Below, one piece after another: positions 19,666-29,603 of a stretch of 64,000 nt of DNA (position 1 is its first letter; every line of letters starts with the position of its first letter). The notes under the pieces are model-generated. The model was not told the DNA's origin, ran no database searches, and worked only from the letters and a program-made list of their open reading frames with translations. The DNA comes from Candidatus Anstonellales archaeon. Lineage in GTDB: Archaea; Micrarchaeota; Micrarchaeia; Anstonellales; J096. The stretch lies in contig JAWAFI010000001.1 in assembly GCA_038890615.1 (NCBI GenBank), forward strand, positions 66,611 through 130,610, read 5' to 3'. Position numbers and translations under genes: made by a program.

Positions 19666-21214
19666 AGGGCTTATAGCTATTTGCATATTCGCTTCGCTGG
19701 CTTCAGCTGAGATTGTGTGGGAGCACAACTTCGGCACCCAGCTCTACACTGGCCCAACCAAAGCATCTGGGGTGCTTGCAGTTAGCGGCGTAGATGGCAT
19801 AGTCTACTTCATAGGGGAAAACAACATCCAGATAGGAGCCTACAGGGCAGGGGCTTTGGTCAAGGACGTAGATGCTTTCCAAAACCTTATAATAATTTCA
19901 AGCGGAAAGGAAGTAAGCGCAGTAACAGGATACACCACAAGGATTTGGCAAGTTGTCTTCAACGACACTGTAATAGGCACTGGGATAGATGATGGAATCT
20001 ATGTAACCACTTTAGGTGAGATGGCAAAGCTTACCAGCGACGGGCAGAAAGTTTTCTCAGTGAAGGTAGATGCGCTCACGGAGCCGGTGATAACAGGCGG
20101 CTTGGGAGTAGGGGTTGGCGCTGCAAACGGGTTCTACCTTTACGACAAGGCTGGCAAGCTTCTTTGGAACATAAAAAGCGGGGCAGTTGTGGCAAAGCCA
20201 ACATGGGCTGCAAACTTTTTCATTGGTACGGAGTCAGGGGAAGTGATCAAGGTAAACACACAAGGAGAGGTGATTTGGAAGAGAGGTGTGGATGGCGCAG
20301 TGATGGCGCCTGTGCTTGCAAGCGGTGATGTTTACGTGCTAACTGGAAAGGGATATGCATACGCCCTTTCTGATTTGGACGGAAGCGTTCTATGGAAAAC
20401 TTATATTGGGAAAACAGTGCTCAATGCAGAATTGATTGTTTTTGGCGGAAGGACTATTTTGATTGGGGAAGGCGAAGACGGGTACCTTCTGGCAATAGAT
20501 GGGGCAACTGGCGAGCTCCTGCTAAACGCTGATTATGGGCAGAACAGCGTTGGGTTCGTAAAAAGCGGAAGCTACATATACTATGCAGTTGATAGCATGC
20601 TTTACAAGATAGGGTTGAATAGGGCATGTTCAATAACAGAGCCCATTGACGGCTCTACAATAGGCGTCTCCCCTGTAGGCGTACAAGGCAAGGTAATCGG
20701 CTCAAGCCCAAAGGTTTTCATAAGGATTGATGAAGGGGAATGGAACGAAGCAGAGGTGAAGGACAACAGCTTCTCTCTGCTGCTTGAGCACAATGATGTG
20801 CAGGCAGGGGTAAGATTAATAGAGTGCAAGGTTTCTGATTCCACTGGCGAAGACACTAAATACGGGTCAATAAAGGTTTACAAAGACATCGGGATCCCTG
20901 CTGAGAAGATGTTTGTCAAGTTTTCTGGCACCATAAAAGAGGACCAGAGCTTTGATATGTTTGTAGTAAATTACAAAGGATTTCCTATTCCAGGCGTGAA
21001 CGTAACAATTGATGGGCAATCAAAGAAGACAGATGCTAACGGGAAGGTAACGTTTAAGCTTGGCTCTGGAAAGCACTTTGTCAGGCTGAGCAAGGCAGGG
21101 TATGCCAACACTGAGTTCACAATAAACTTAGGAGTAGACTTAATAGTAATCGCTGTTGCAGTAGTGGTTGTCCTGGTAACAGTTTACTTCTTTGTGCTAA
21201 GGAAGAAAAAATGA
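19646..21214 (+). CDS. Secreted PQQ-like beta-propeller protein with Ig/carboxypeptidase-regulatory-like domains and C-terminal TM anchor
   Basis: Signal peptide, repeated G-x-x-x-W propeller motifs, KTDANGKV, hydrophobic tail ending RKKK. Confidence 0.75.
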   Translation: MKAFLLKGLIAICIFASLASAEIVWEHNFGTQLYTGPTKASGVLAVSGVDGIVYFIGENNIQIGAYRAGALVKDVDAFQNLIIISSGKEVSAVTGYTTRIWQVVFNDTVIGTGIDDGIYVTTLGEMAKLTSDGQKVFSVKVDALTEPVITGGLGVGVGAANGFYLYDKAGKLLWNIKSGAVVAKPTWAANFFIGTESGEVIKVNTQGEVIWKRGVDGAVMAPVLASGDVYVLTGKGYAYALSDLDGSVLWKTYIGKTVLNAELIVFGGRTILIGEGEDGYLLAIDGATGELLLNADYGQNSVGFVKSGSYIYYAVDSMLYKIGLNRACSITEPIDGSTIGVSPVGVQGKVIGSSPKVFIRIDEGEWNEAEVKDNSFSLLLEHNDVQAGVRLIECKVSDSTGEDTKYGSIKVYKDIGIPAEKMFVKFSGTIKEDQSFDMFVVNYKGFPIPGVNVTIDGQSKKTDANGKVTFKLGSGKHFVRLSKAGYANTEFTINLGVDLIVIAVAVVVVLVTVYFFVLRKKK

Positions 21215-22920
21215 AATTCAGGGAAGCAGCATTGCATTTTGCTGCCATTGAAGAAAAGAGCGGCCGCATAGAAATGGCTGAAGAGATAGCTGAGCTTTTC
21301 AAAAAGGCAACTCCTGAAGAAGGCAGGATAATAGGGTATATGCTCTCTGACTCATTGCTACCAACATACCAAGGCTTTGACCTTGGCATAGGGGAGAAAA
21401 CGCTTGTTGAGGCAATAGCAAGAGCAGGCGGCTACCCTAAAGAGGCAGTGGAGAAGAGGTTTAGGGAAGTGGGTGACTTGGGGCTTGTGGCAGAAGAAGT
21501 GGTCGCTAAGAGGAGGCAGCACTCGCTTAGCAGAAAGGAGATGAGGCTCAAAGAAGTATACCAAAAGTTCATGGAAATAGCAAAGCAAGGGGGCAAAGGC
21601 AGCAAGGAAGGCAAAATAAGGATGCTGGAGGGGCTTATAGGAAATGCAAGCCCTGTTGAAGCGAGGTTCATAATAAGGGCAGCGCTCAGCAATATGAGGC
21701 TTGGCGTAGGTGAGCCCACAGTCCTTGATGGCCTTTCAATAGCAGTATTTGGAAGCAGGGAAAGGAAGGAAGACATAGAAGCCCAATTCAATACATGCTC
21801 GGACATTGGCTATGTTATTGAGAAGGTGCTTGAGAAAAAGGATATAGTAAAAGTGAAGACAGAGGTTTTCAGGCCTCTGCGCTACGCACTTGCTGAGAGA
21901 GCCTCTGACGAAAAGGAAATAATAAGCAGGTTGGGCAGGTGTGCAGTAGAATACAAGTATGATGGCTTTAGGATGCAGGTGCACTGCAAGGAAGGGAAGG
22001 TTGTAATATATTCGCGGAAGATGGAAAACCTTACGCATATGTTCCCGGATGTTGTTGAGGCAGTTAAAGGGCTAGGTGCAAAGGAAATAATTTTTGAGGG
22101 AGAGGCGCTTGCTTTTGACCGAAAGAGCAAGAAATTCCTGCCTTTCCAGCAGACAATGCAGAGAAGGAGAAAATATGGAGTGGAAAAGGCATCAGAGGAG
22201 CTTCCCCTCAAGGTGTTTGCATTTGACCTGCTTTACATAGATGGAAAGGAAGTTTTCCTGGAGCCATACAAGGAAAGGAGGGCAATGATGGAAAAAATTT
22301 TCCCAAAAGGGATTTTGGAGATAAGCACAATGAAGATAGTTGATACTCCTGAAGAGCTTAAGGATTTCTTTGATGAGGCAGCTGGGCATGGGCTGGAAGG
22401 CGTGATAGCAAAGGACTTGGAAGCGCCATATACTGCTGGAAAAAGGAAGTTTGCATGGATAAAGCTCAAGAAAGCCTATCTGCAGGCAGAGACAGTGGAT
22501 GCTGTGGTGCTTGGCTATTATGAGGGGAAGGGCAAGAGGGCTGAGTTCGGGCTCGGAGGGCTCCTTGTTGGGGTTTACAATCCAGAAAGCGACATGTTCG
22601 AAACTATCGCCAAAATAGGCACTGGCTTCTCAGAAGAGGAGATGGAGGAATGGGCCAAAAAGCTCAAGAGGATAAGGGTTGCAAAACCAAAAAACATTGA
22701 ATATGTCATTGAGCCCAACCACTGGGTTGAGCCGAAATATGTGGTTGAGGTTGGCTTTGATGAAATAACAGAATCCCCGCTCCACACCTGCGGAAAGAAA
22801 GGCGGAAAGGGCTATGCGCTGAGGTTTCCTAGGATAATAAGGATTAGGGAAGACAAGGGGATTTATGAAGCCACAACAACTCAGGAGATTGAGGGTATGA
22901 GAAAGGGGTTTAAGGAATAA
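21211..22920 (+). CDS. lig: ATP-dependent DNA ligase
   Basis: EYKYDGFR adenylation motif, EGEA, FDLLY, EGVIAK, WIKLK, LRFPR. Confidence 0.97.
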   Translation: MKFREAALHFAAIEEKSGRIEMAEEIAELFKKATPEEGRIIGYMLSDSLLPTYQGFDLGIGEKTLVEAIARAGGYPKEAVEKRFREVGDLGLVAEEVVAKRRQHSLSRKEMRLKEVYQKFMEIAKQGGKGSKEGKIRMLEGLIGNASPVEARFIIRAALSNMRLGVGEPTVLDGLSIAVFGSRERKEDIEAQFNTCSDIGYVIEKVLEKKDIVKVKTEVFRPLRYALAERASDEKEIISRLGRCAVEYKYDGFRMQVHCKEGKVVIYSRKMENLTHMFPDVVEAVKGLGAKEIIFEGEALAFDRKSKKFLPFQQTMQRRRKYGVEKASEELPLKVFAFDLLYIDGKEVFLEPYKERRAMMEKIFPKGILEISTMKIVDTPEELKDFFDEAAGHGLEGVIAKDLEAPYTAGKRKFAWIKLKKAYLQAETVDAVVLGYYEGKGKRAEFGLGGLLVGVYNPESDMFETIAKIGTGFSEEEMEEWAKKLKRIRVAKPKNIEYVIEPNHWVEPKYVVEVGFDEITESPLHTCGKKGGKGYALRFPRIIRIREDKGIYEATTTQEIEGMRKGFKE

Positions 22921-22925
22921 GAAAA

Positions 22926-24182
22926 TTAAAGATTCAATGGAAGCTCTGTCCTTTCAGACATTTCCCCTGCAAGGTTGGAAAGCATCATCTTTTCAACCTC
23001 CTCCCTTTTCTTAGTTTGGGAGAGCACCCACCCTAGCTTTACTAGAGCTGTTTCGGGTGTCATGTCAGAAAGATGGCCCATCACTCCTGCCTCTTTAAGC
23101 AGCCTCCCAGTAGTATAAACGTTCAAGTTTACGCGCCCGTATATTGCTTGGGTGGACATAAAAACATGCACTCCTGAGGATATTAATTCCTTTATAGGCT
23201 CAAGAAGGGAGCGTGCCCCTTTTATTTTAAACGGGTTGGTAGGCAGATGGCCAAGGCCAGTGCCTGCGATTACTATACCGTCCTTGTCAGAAAGCTTCTC
23301 TACATCCTTGGCAGTGGTAAAGGGAGTTATGTAAAGAAGATAAACATTTGGGTTGAAAGAGATTCTCTCCTTGAGCAGCCCCTGCTCCCTTAATTTTGAA
23401 AGGGGCTTGAATGAGCGCTTTGAGTAGTCAACTTCGGCCAGAGGAGGGCTGTTTATTGACTTGAAGGCTTCCCTAGCGCTAGAATGCATCTTTCTTGCCC
23501 TGTTGGCCCTGTGGAGGGCACAGGAATTATCGCTCAAGCCAGAATGCATGCATATTGAAACCTCCCCAAATGGCTGGGTGGCGGAGAATACTGAGTTGAG
23601 CAGATTTAGGCGGTTGTCGCTGCTGGGCCTGTCAGAGCTTCTCTGTGAGCCAACCATCACTATAGGGTGAGGAAGGGGGTTAAGCATAAACGATAGGGCT
23701 GCGCCGGTATAGTGCATCATATCCGTTCCATGCAGAAGGACTATGGGCTTGCCTTCCTTAAGCAAAGAGGAGCATTCCTGCGCTATTGAAAGCCATATCT
23801 GCGGAGTCACATCTTCAGAGAATATGTCAATGAATGGGTGCACTTCTATGTTGGCTATCCCCTTTATTTCAGGGAATTGAGAAACAAGCTCTGCAGGCGA
23901 GAGGGAGGGATAAACAGCACCAGTAAGATACTCAACCTTGGAAGCAATAGTGCCGCCTGCGCCAAGGATTGCAATACCGCCTTCGGAATAATAGGGTTTG
24001 CCTTCCTTATTTTCATCCTTTTCTAGCTTTTCATCTTTTTGCTCCCCTAATAACTTGATTTCGTCTGGCTTGGTTGTTATGTTATAGCCGCTCTCAAGCT
24101 TTATGCTCACCTCCCCTTTACTCTCCTTGAGGAGAATTCCGTCATACCATTTTTCCCCAATGCGGAATCTTATCTTCTTCAC
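22926..24182 (-). CDS. gatD: Glu-tRNA(Gln) amidotransferase subunit D
   Basis: KLESGYNI, GGTIAS, HGTD, GSQRSSDRPSSD, RKMHSS.R.AF. Confidence 0.95.
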   Translation of the reverse strand: MKKIRFRIGEKWYDGILLKESKGEVSIKLESGYNITTKPDEIKLLGEQKDEKLEKDENKEGKPYYSEGGIAILGAGGTIASKVEYLTGAVYPSLSPAELVSQFPEIKGIANIEVHPFIDIFSEDVTPQIWLSIAQECSSLLKEGKPIVLLHGTDMMHYTGAALSFMLNPLPHPIVMVGSQRSSDRPSSDNRLNLLNSVFSATQPFGEVSICMHSGLSDNSCALHRANRARKMHSSAREAFKSINSPPLAEVDYSKRSFKPLSKLREQGLLKERISFNPNVYLLYITPFTTAKDVEKLSDKDGIVIAGTGLGHLPTNPFKIKGARSLLEPIKELISSGVHVFMSTQAIYGRVNLNVYTTGRLLKEAGVMGHLSDMTPETALVKLGWVLSQTKKREEVEKMMLSNLAGEMSERTELPLNL

Positions 24183-24216
24183 AAAGCTTTTATAACCAAG
24201 GTGAATTTAAAACCTT
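24183..24216. promoter_or_regulatory. Overlapping divergent TATA promoters for gatD and rsmA (leaderless spacing)
   Basis: TTTTATAA at 24188-24195 is about 22 nt before the rsmA ATG; TTTAAAA at 24206-24212 is about 23 nt before the gatD GTG on the minus strand. Confidence 0.6.
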
Positions 24217-24936
24217 ATGGGAGCGAGGAAAGGCCAGCACTTTTTAGCGAACTTGAGGGTTGCGGAAAGGATAGCACAGGAGATTGGGGAGGGAAAGGTT
24301 GTAGTTGAGATAGGTGGGGGTAAGGGCTTTCTCACGAGAATGATTGCAAGCAAAAATAAGGTTTATTCAATAGAAATAGAGGAAGGTTTCAAAGAGCACC
24401 TAATAAAAGCAGGGGCAGAGCCAGTAATCGCTGATTTTTTGGAGGTTGAACCGATTGATTGTGATGTAGTGGTTGGCAACATACCTTATTACATATCATC
24501 CGCAGTAGTGATGAAACTAAGGGAATGGAAATTTGAAAAGGCAATAATAATGCTCCAAAAGGAATTTGTAGACGCAATGATGGCAAAACCAAGGGAAAGA
24601 AAGTACGGGAGGCTTAGCGTAATGGCACAGATGCTTTACTCGATAAGGAGATTGCTGAATGTTGGAAAGTGGAGCTTCTCGCCGCCTCCAAAGGTTGATT
24701 CTGTGTTAGTGGAACTTATGAAGAAAGGTGAAGTTGGCAAGGATATTGAGGATTTTGTGAGGGTGCTGTTCCACAGGAAAAACAAGGTGCTAAGATGGCT
24801 TGAGAGAGAGTATGGGGTTGAACTAAAAGAAAAATGGAAAAGGAGGAGAGCAAGGGAGCTGGGCATTGAAGAGATCAAGGAGCTCTTTAGCGAATTGAAA
24901 CCTTTTTTGAAACAAATTCATTGGAAAACTCAATAG
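24217..24936 (+). CDS. rsmA: 16S rRNA m6,2A dimethyltransferase KsgA/Dim1
   Basis: GQHFL, EIGGGKGFLT, GNIPYYISS, YGRLSV, FSPPPKVDS. Confidence 0.95.
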   Translation: MGARKGQHFLANLRVAERIAQEIGEGKVVVEIGGGKGFLTRMIASKNKVYSIEIEEGFKEHLIKAGAEPVIADFLEVEPIDCDVVVGNIPYYISSAVVMKLREWKFEKAIIMLQKEFVDAMMAKPRERKYGRLSVMAQMLYSIRRLLNVGKWSFSPPPKVDSVLVELMKKGEVGKDIEDFVRVLFHRKNKVLRWLEREYGVELKEKWKRRRARELGIEEIKELFSELKPFLKQIHWKTQ

Positions 24937-25141
24937 ACAGGGATTTTGGGTATGGTATCCTGAAAGATATTGCCTCGCCTGCACTTACAGAAAGGCGCTC
25001 TATCCTTTCTCCATCAAAGCATAAACAAAGCTTTTTCAAAGGCACATGGCAATAGACCTCAACAGAGTATTCTTTCAATTTATTCTCCTTTACAGATATG
25101 GGGTAAAGATAGGAAAGCAACTGCGCTAAAATGGGCATCAA
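24887..25141 (-). CDS. Small hypothetical protein
   Basis: 84-aa ORF with an upstream TATA-like sequence; overlaps the rsmA 3' end convergently by 50 bp. Confidence 0.4.
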   Translation of the reverse strand: MMPILAQLLSYLYPISVKENKLKEYSVEVYCHVPLKKLCLCFDGERIERLSVSAGEAISFRIPYPKSLSIEFSNEFVSKKVSIR

Positions 25142-25201
25142 AAATATTTAGGGAATGATATAAAAAACTTCCCTATTCTTAGGTGCCTGCGTTCGAATAA
25201 A

Positions 25202-27239
25202 CTATTGATTTGGCAAAGCAGATTCTTTTTTAAAGAGTGAAATGAATCTTTTAAGAGAATACACAACCATCCAGAAAAAATTAGAAGCCTTCTGCCTAAC
25301 CAACTCTAAGCGCTCAGCAGGACCTATAGATTTCCTTATCACATATAGATACTCACTCAACTGGTTTGAGTAGGAGATTTTAAGATGCCCAAAGACCGAT
25401 ATGATTACGGCAATGCCGCTGAATAAATTTAAATGGAGAGAATTGGATGTTTTGCTTCTTTCTGACACCGGCATTCCTTTGCTAGGTCTAAGAGGCTTAT
25501 AAAAGACATCAGCATATATGCTATCATCGCTTAGATTCTGGTTCTTTAGGTTCTGTTCCTTTGCTCTGTGCATCGCTTCTACGAATGATTTGGAAGAAAA
25601 GGATTTTATGCCTCTGAAAACAGTACGGCCCACACCTAAGGAATCGATTTTGGGTTTTTTTCTAAATATATCTTGATAGACATGGCTGTCAGCCTCAAAT
25701 GAGCCAAACAAACCATATTCTTTTCTGCAATATAAAGCAAATGCAAGATTAATGGCATTCAATGTAGGCACTATCCCGACCCTCTCCTTTGAGTCTTCCA
25801 TAATTTTCTTCAGAAAGGTAAAATCATTGTCTTTTTTAGAGAACCTAAGCCTCTCCAAACAAGGCAATGAAGCATTAAAGCAACCAACACCTTGCACATA
25901 GTCAAAAATGAAAGTTATCTCATCAAAGGAGACCTTGCCCTTAATGTAATTCAATATACCAAGGTTTTTAGGAAGAGAAAGTTCTGAAGCAGGATGGGCC
26001 AACACCAAAGCTACTTTATTACCGTATTTTTGTTTTATAGTATTGAGAAATTCATAAAGCTCTATATTAGGGGCATAAGAAGGATGGTATGAAACAGGTG
26101 AAATTTTTTCCTTTATTTCTGAGCTTATCTCACAAATAGTCTGGACATCTGATGCATACAGCATCAAGTGAACTCCGTTTATGAGCGGCTGGGGTATGTA
26201 TATTTTTTTGAAGAGTGGGGGCATCTCTGTTGTAATCAAGCACAAACGGCAAAAGATAAAGTATATGTTCGACCTCTTTAGAATGGCAATAGCTAAAATC
26301 ACCTTTTCTTTTTTCATCTTTTCCCAGTTTATTTATGCCACTATTTATCATATCTATGGCTTTGGTTAATTCTTCGTGAGAGTACTTAGCCCTAATGCAT
26401 GGGTTAAAAAGCAAGGATTCCGTAAGCTCTTCCTTAAATTTATTGACCTCATTTAAGAATCTATTAATCTCTTTATGGTCGTATAATTTAAGAGGGAGTG
26501 TCGCTTCTATTGAAGGCACTTTTGTTATTCCAAAGGATGCCTCGACAGCGCTTACATCATCGTAGAGAGCTTTTAGGAAGTGGTTGTGGTGGCCCGTTGC
26601 ATCAAAGTCAGTGTGCCAAAGGAGCATGCTGGCTATCACATTCCTTTCTTTTGCAGTGATTGGGTCTCCGTCATCTACAGAAAGGAATATTAGAGGGATG
26701 CCTCTTGTGCTACCCCAGTGCCCGTGCATCTGGGCATAATAAACATCCTCTGGCTTGTGGCTTGCTGCTTCTTTTATCAGGCTTATGGCCTCGCCAATGG
26801 CCTTATCCATCTCTTCTTCGCTCTTGAAATTGGAAAGTACTAATCTTCTCAAAACCTCATTTGGCTTAAGGTCATTTCCTGTGATTCCTTCAGAGTTCTT
26901 CTGGGAGGGGCCAAGAGGGTCTGTAAAGATCACTTCTATGCCTTTTTTTGAGTATTTTAAAAAAACAAAAAAGTTTGATTTCTCGCCGTTTTTGTTTCTG
27001 TTGAAAACAATTATGTTGTCAGGAAACAAGAGCGAGGAAGTTGGCTTTATGAACTTGTGCTTTATCTTATAATAGATGACGAGAAACTTACTAAGCCTGT
27101 TCAGATTTTCCGAAAAGAGCTTGTTGTACTCCTCATCTGAAGGGAGCTTAATGTCTTTGCCTCTTACATAAAAGCCATCATTCTCCATGCTTTTGATGAA
27201 ACTGTAAAGCAATTTTTGATTACCCTTAGCTTTTCCCAT
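25202..27239 (-). pseudogene. PHP-fold metallophosphoesterase-like paralog split by a frameshift (ORFs 26130-27323 and 25202-26317)
   Basis: N-half has MHGHWG, DDG, ATGHHN and PSIEAT; C-half has NGVHLMLY, LAHP, GVGCFN, EADSH and GVGRT. Both halves are colinear with 27280-29184. The frame can be restored at the T7 run 26203-26209. Confidence 0.75.
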
Positions 27240-28791
27240 ATTGATATATATTGTTGGGAAAGATTTAAAAAAGTGATTATCAATCTTTCCTTTTTTTGAG
27301 CTTGAAAACTTGGAGAAAGTCAAAGGGCCTAAAAGGCCTAAAGGCGGCGTGGGAGAGCTCTTGTAAAGAGTAAAGGGAGGCCCTCTCTTGGATTATGGAC
27401 TCTATCATAGCCCTAATCAATATTGGTCCAGACCTAAGGCCGTAAACAAAAACTGAGTGCTTGACCATCTTCACTAGCTTCTGCCAAAATGACTTGTGAG
27501 ACCTTTCAGGCACTATTGCAGGCACAACATAAGGATCAGAGTCTTTTGGCTTTAATGTCTTTGGAGCCCAGAAAACCTCTGCTTCCATCTTCTTTTCCCC
27601 TTTTTTTGCAGAGTGCATGAAATCCACAAAAGCAGAAGGTGATGGATTCAATGATCCCTTAAGCACTGTGCGGCCATAACCTATGTCCGGTATTGAGGGC
27701 TTTCTTTTCAAAGCAGGAGGATAGTAGTGCTCATCTGGGTCATAGCATTGCACTAGCCCGTATTTTTTGTTTATATATTTGCTCCAAGCCAAGTTCATTG
27801 CGTTTTGGGTTGGCTTAATATTTTCACTGCTAATAGGCGAGTTGTCCCTTAGGATAAAAAGAAATGCTTCCTTATAAGGGTTGTCCTTAGAAAACTTTAT
27901 TTCTTCATCATCTGAGAGGGAGGGGTTGAAGCAGGCAACCCCTTGTGCATATTCAGAGGCAATCCTCTCTGCCTCTTCTAAGGATATCTCTTCTTTTGCC
28001 ACCCTGTCCAAGAGGCCTACAGCAGGCAAAGCAGAAGAGCAAGCTGGATGTGCGATCATGAATGAAACTTTGTTCCCATACTTTTGCCTAAGAATCTTAA
28101 AGAATGCCTCCATCTCTATTGTTGGGGCAAGAGGGGGGTATTCTGAGGTTCTTTTTGAAAAGAAGGTCTTTTCTATCTCATCCATTATCTCCGGGCTGGA
28201 AGCATAGAGCATTATGTGGGGCCCATTAAGCTCAGGCATAGGGATGAATATGGATGATACCTTCCCTACAGGTGTTTCGTTATACCTTTCTGCGATTTTT
28301 TTGTATTTGCTTAAAAGCTTAAGCACACCGCTAAGAGCATACCATCCATTAATCATTATGGGAAGCTTTATCTTTTCGTAAGGAGGTATGCCAAGCGCCT
28401 CTCTCTTCGAATTCAATTCCTTAACAAACCTTTCTACTGCAAAGTTCTCGTAAAGGTGCAGTGGCATCGTGACCTCAATAGCTGGGACTTTGGTTATGCC
28501 AAGCGCTTCCTCCACAGCGCTTACATCATTGTATAGTGCTCTTAAGAAGTGGTTGTGGTGGCCTGTTGCATCAAAGTCAGTGTGCCAAAGTAGCATGTTG
28601 GCTATGATTGTGCTTTCCCTTGTGCAGCCGTCATCTATGAGAAGGTCTATAAGGAGCTTTCCTCTTGTGCAGCCCCAATGGCCGTGCATCTGGGCATAAT
28701 AAACATTCTCTGGCTTGTGGCTTGCTGCTTCTTTTATCAGGCTTATGGCCTCGCCAATGGCCTTATCCATCTCTTCTTCGCTCTTGAAATT
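26722..28791. repeat. 110-bp near-identical direct repeat (26722-26831 and 28682-28791, 1 mismatch) between the PHP paralogs
   Basis: ccgtgcatctgggcataataaacat(c/t)ctctggcttgtgg...ctcttgaaatt at both positions. Confidence 0.95.
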
Positions 28792-29184
28792 TTTCAAAGA
28801 GACAATGCGGAGGAGGTCTTCTGGCTTTAATGTAAGCCCGCCTTCGCTTGGGCCGAGAGGGTCTGTGAAGATTATCTCCAGCTCTTTTTTTGAGAATTTT
28901 ACAAGCACAAAGAAATTTGATTTCTCCCCTTCTTTGTTCCTGTTGAATACGAGTACATTGTCAGGAAAGGTAAGGGAGTGGGTTGGCTTGAAGAAAAACT
29001 TCTGCTTTATCTTGTAATAAATAGTCATGAAAATATTTAGGTTCTTTATTGTGTCACCTAGGGTCCTCCCGTATTCCTCATCTGAAGGGAGCTTGAATGC
29101 TGTTGATTTCAAAAAGAAACTGCTTTCCGACATCTTTGAAATTAGCTTTTGCACGTGCTTTGGGTAATGCCCTTCCTTTCCCAT
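27280..29184 (-). CDS. PHP-fold metal-dependent phosphoesterase-like protein with an unknown N-terminal domain
   Basis: HxH (MHGHWG), DDG, ATGHHN, PAIEVT, GPHIMLY, IAHP, DPDEH and GYGRT occur in PHP motif order. Start MGKEG chosen by comparison with the paralog's MGKAK. Confidence 0.7.
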   Translation of the reverse strand: MGKEGHYPKHVQKLISKMSESSFFLKSTAFKLPSDEEYGRTLGDTIKNLNIFMTIYYKIKQKFFFKPTHSLTFPDNVLVFNRNKEGEKSNFFVLVKFSKKELEIIFTDPLGPSEGGLTLKPEDLLRIVSLKNFKSEEEMDKAIGEAISLIKEAASHKPENVYYAQMHGHWGCTRGKLLIDLLIDDGCTRESTIIANMLLWHTDFDATGHHNHFLRALYNDVSAVEEALGITKVPAIEVTMPLHLYENFAVERFVKELNSKREALGIPPYEKIKLPIMINGWYALSGVLKLLSKYKKIAERYNETPVGKVSSIFIPMPELNGPHIMLYASSPEIMDEIEKTFFSKRTSEYPPLAPTIEMEAFFKILRQKYGNKVSFMIAHPACSSALPAVGLLDRVAKEEISLEEAERIASEYAQGVACFNPSLSDDEEIKFSKDNPYKEAFLFILRDNSPISSENIKPTQNAMNLAWSKYINKKYGLVQCYDPDEHYYPPALKRKPSIPDIGYGRTVLKGSLNPSPSAFVDFMHSAKKGEKKMEAEVFWAPKTLKPKDSDPYVVPAIVPERSHKSFWQKLVKMVKHSVFVYGLRSGPILIRAMIESIIQERASLYSLQELSHAAFRPFRPFDFLQVFKLKKRKD

Positions 29185-29237
29185 AAGCAACCACATATAA
29201 ATATAGTGGGCAAAAGTTTATAAATGTGCTGGAAAAA

Positions 29238-29603
29238 TCATACTAGCTTCCCATCTTTAAGAGACTTTGCCTTTAGCCCAATATCTCTTGCCCTCCTCCT
29301 AAGCTTTGAATCCTGAGATAGTATATAAAAGCCGTGCTGAAGCGCGAGCGCAATTAGCACATCGTCAGTTGGGCCAACTGCCTTTAGCACTTTTACCTTC
29401 CCTGATTTGATTAAAGAGAGGGAGAAAAGGGCTGCCCTTCCCCTCTCGCTCTTTATCCTGGAGAGTTTTTTCAATTCACCTACAACTGTTGATGCAGTGT
29501 ATGGCTTAATCGGCTCATCACCAAGAAGCAGGAGCTGAGGCAAGCTCACACGCTGAAGGAACGCCTCAATAAAAGAGCTGGTGTCAATAAGGATGCCTTT
29601 CAT
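29238..29603 (-). CDS. PIN-domain protein (Fcf1/Utp24-like)
   Basis: ILIDTSS, VVGEL, TDDVLI, SQD..LRRR. Confidence 0.8.
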   Translation of the reverse strand: MKGILIDTSSFIEAFLQRVSLPQLLLLGDEPIKPYTASTVVGELKKLSRIKSERGRAALFSLSLIKSGKVKVLKAVGPTDDVLIALALQHGFYILSQDSKLRRRARDIGLKAKSLKDGKLV

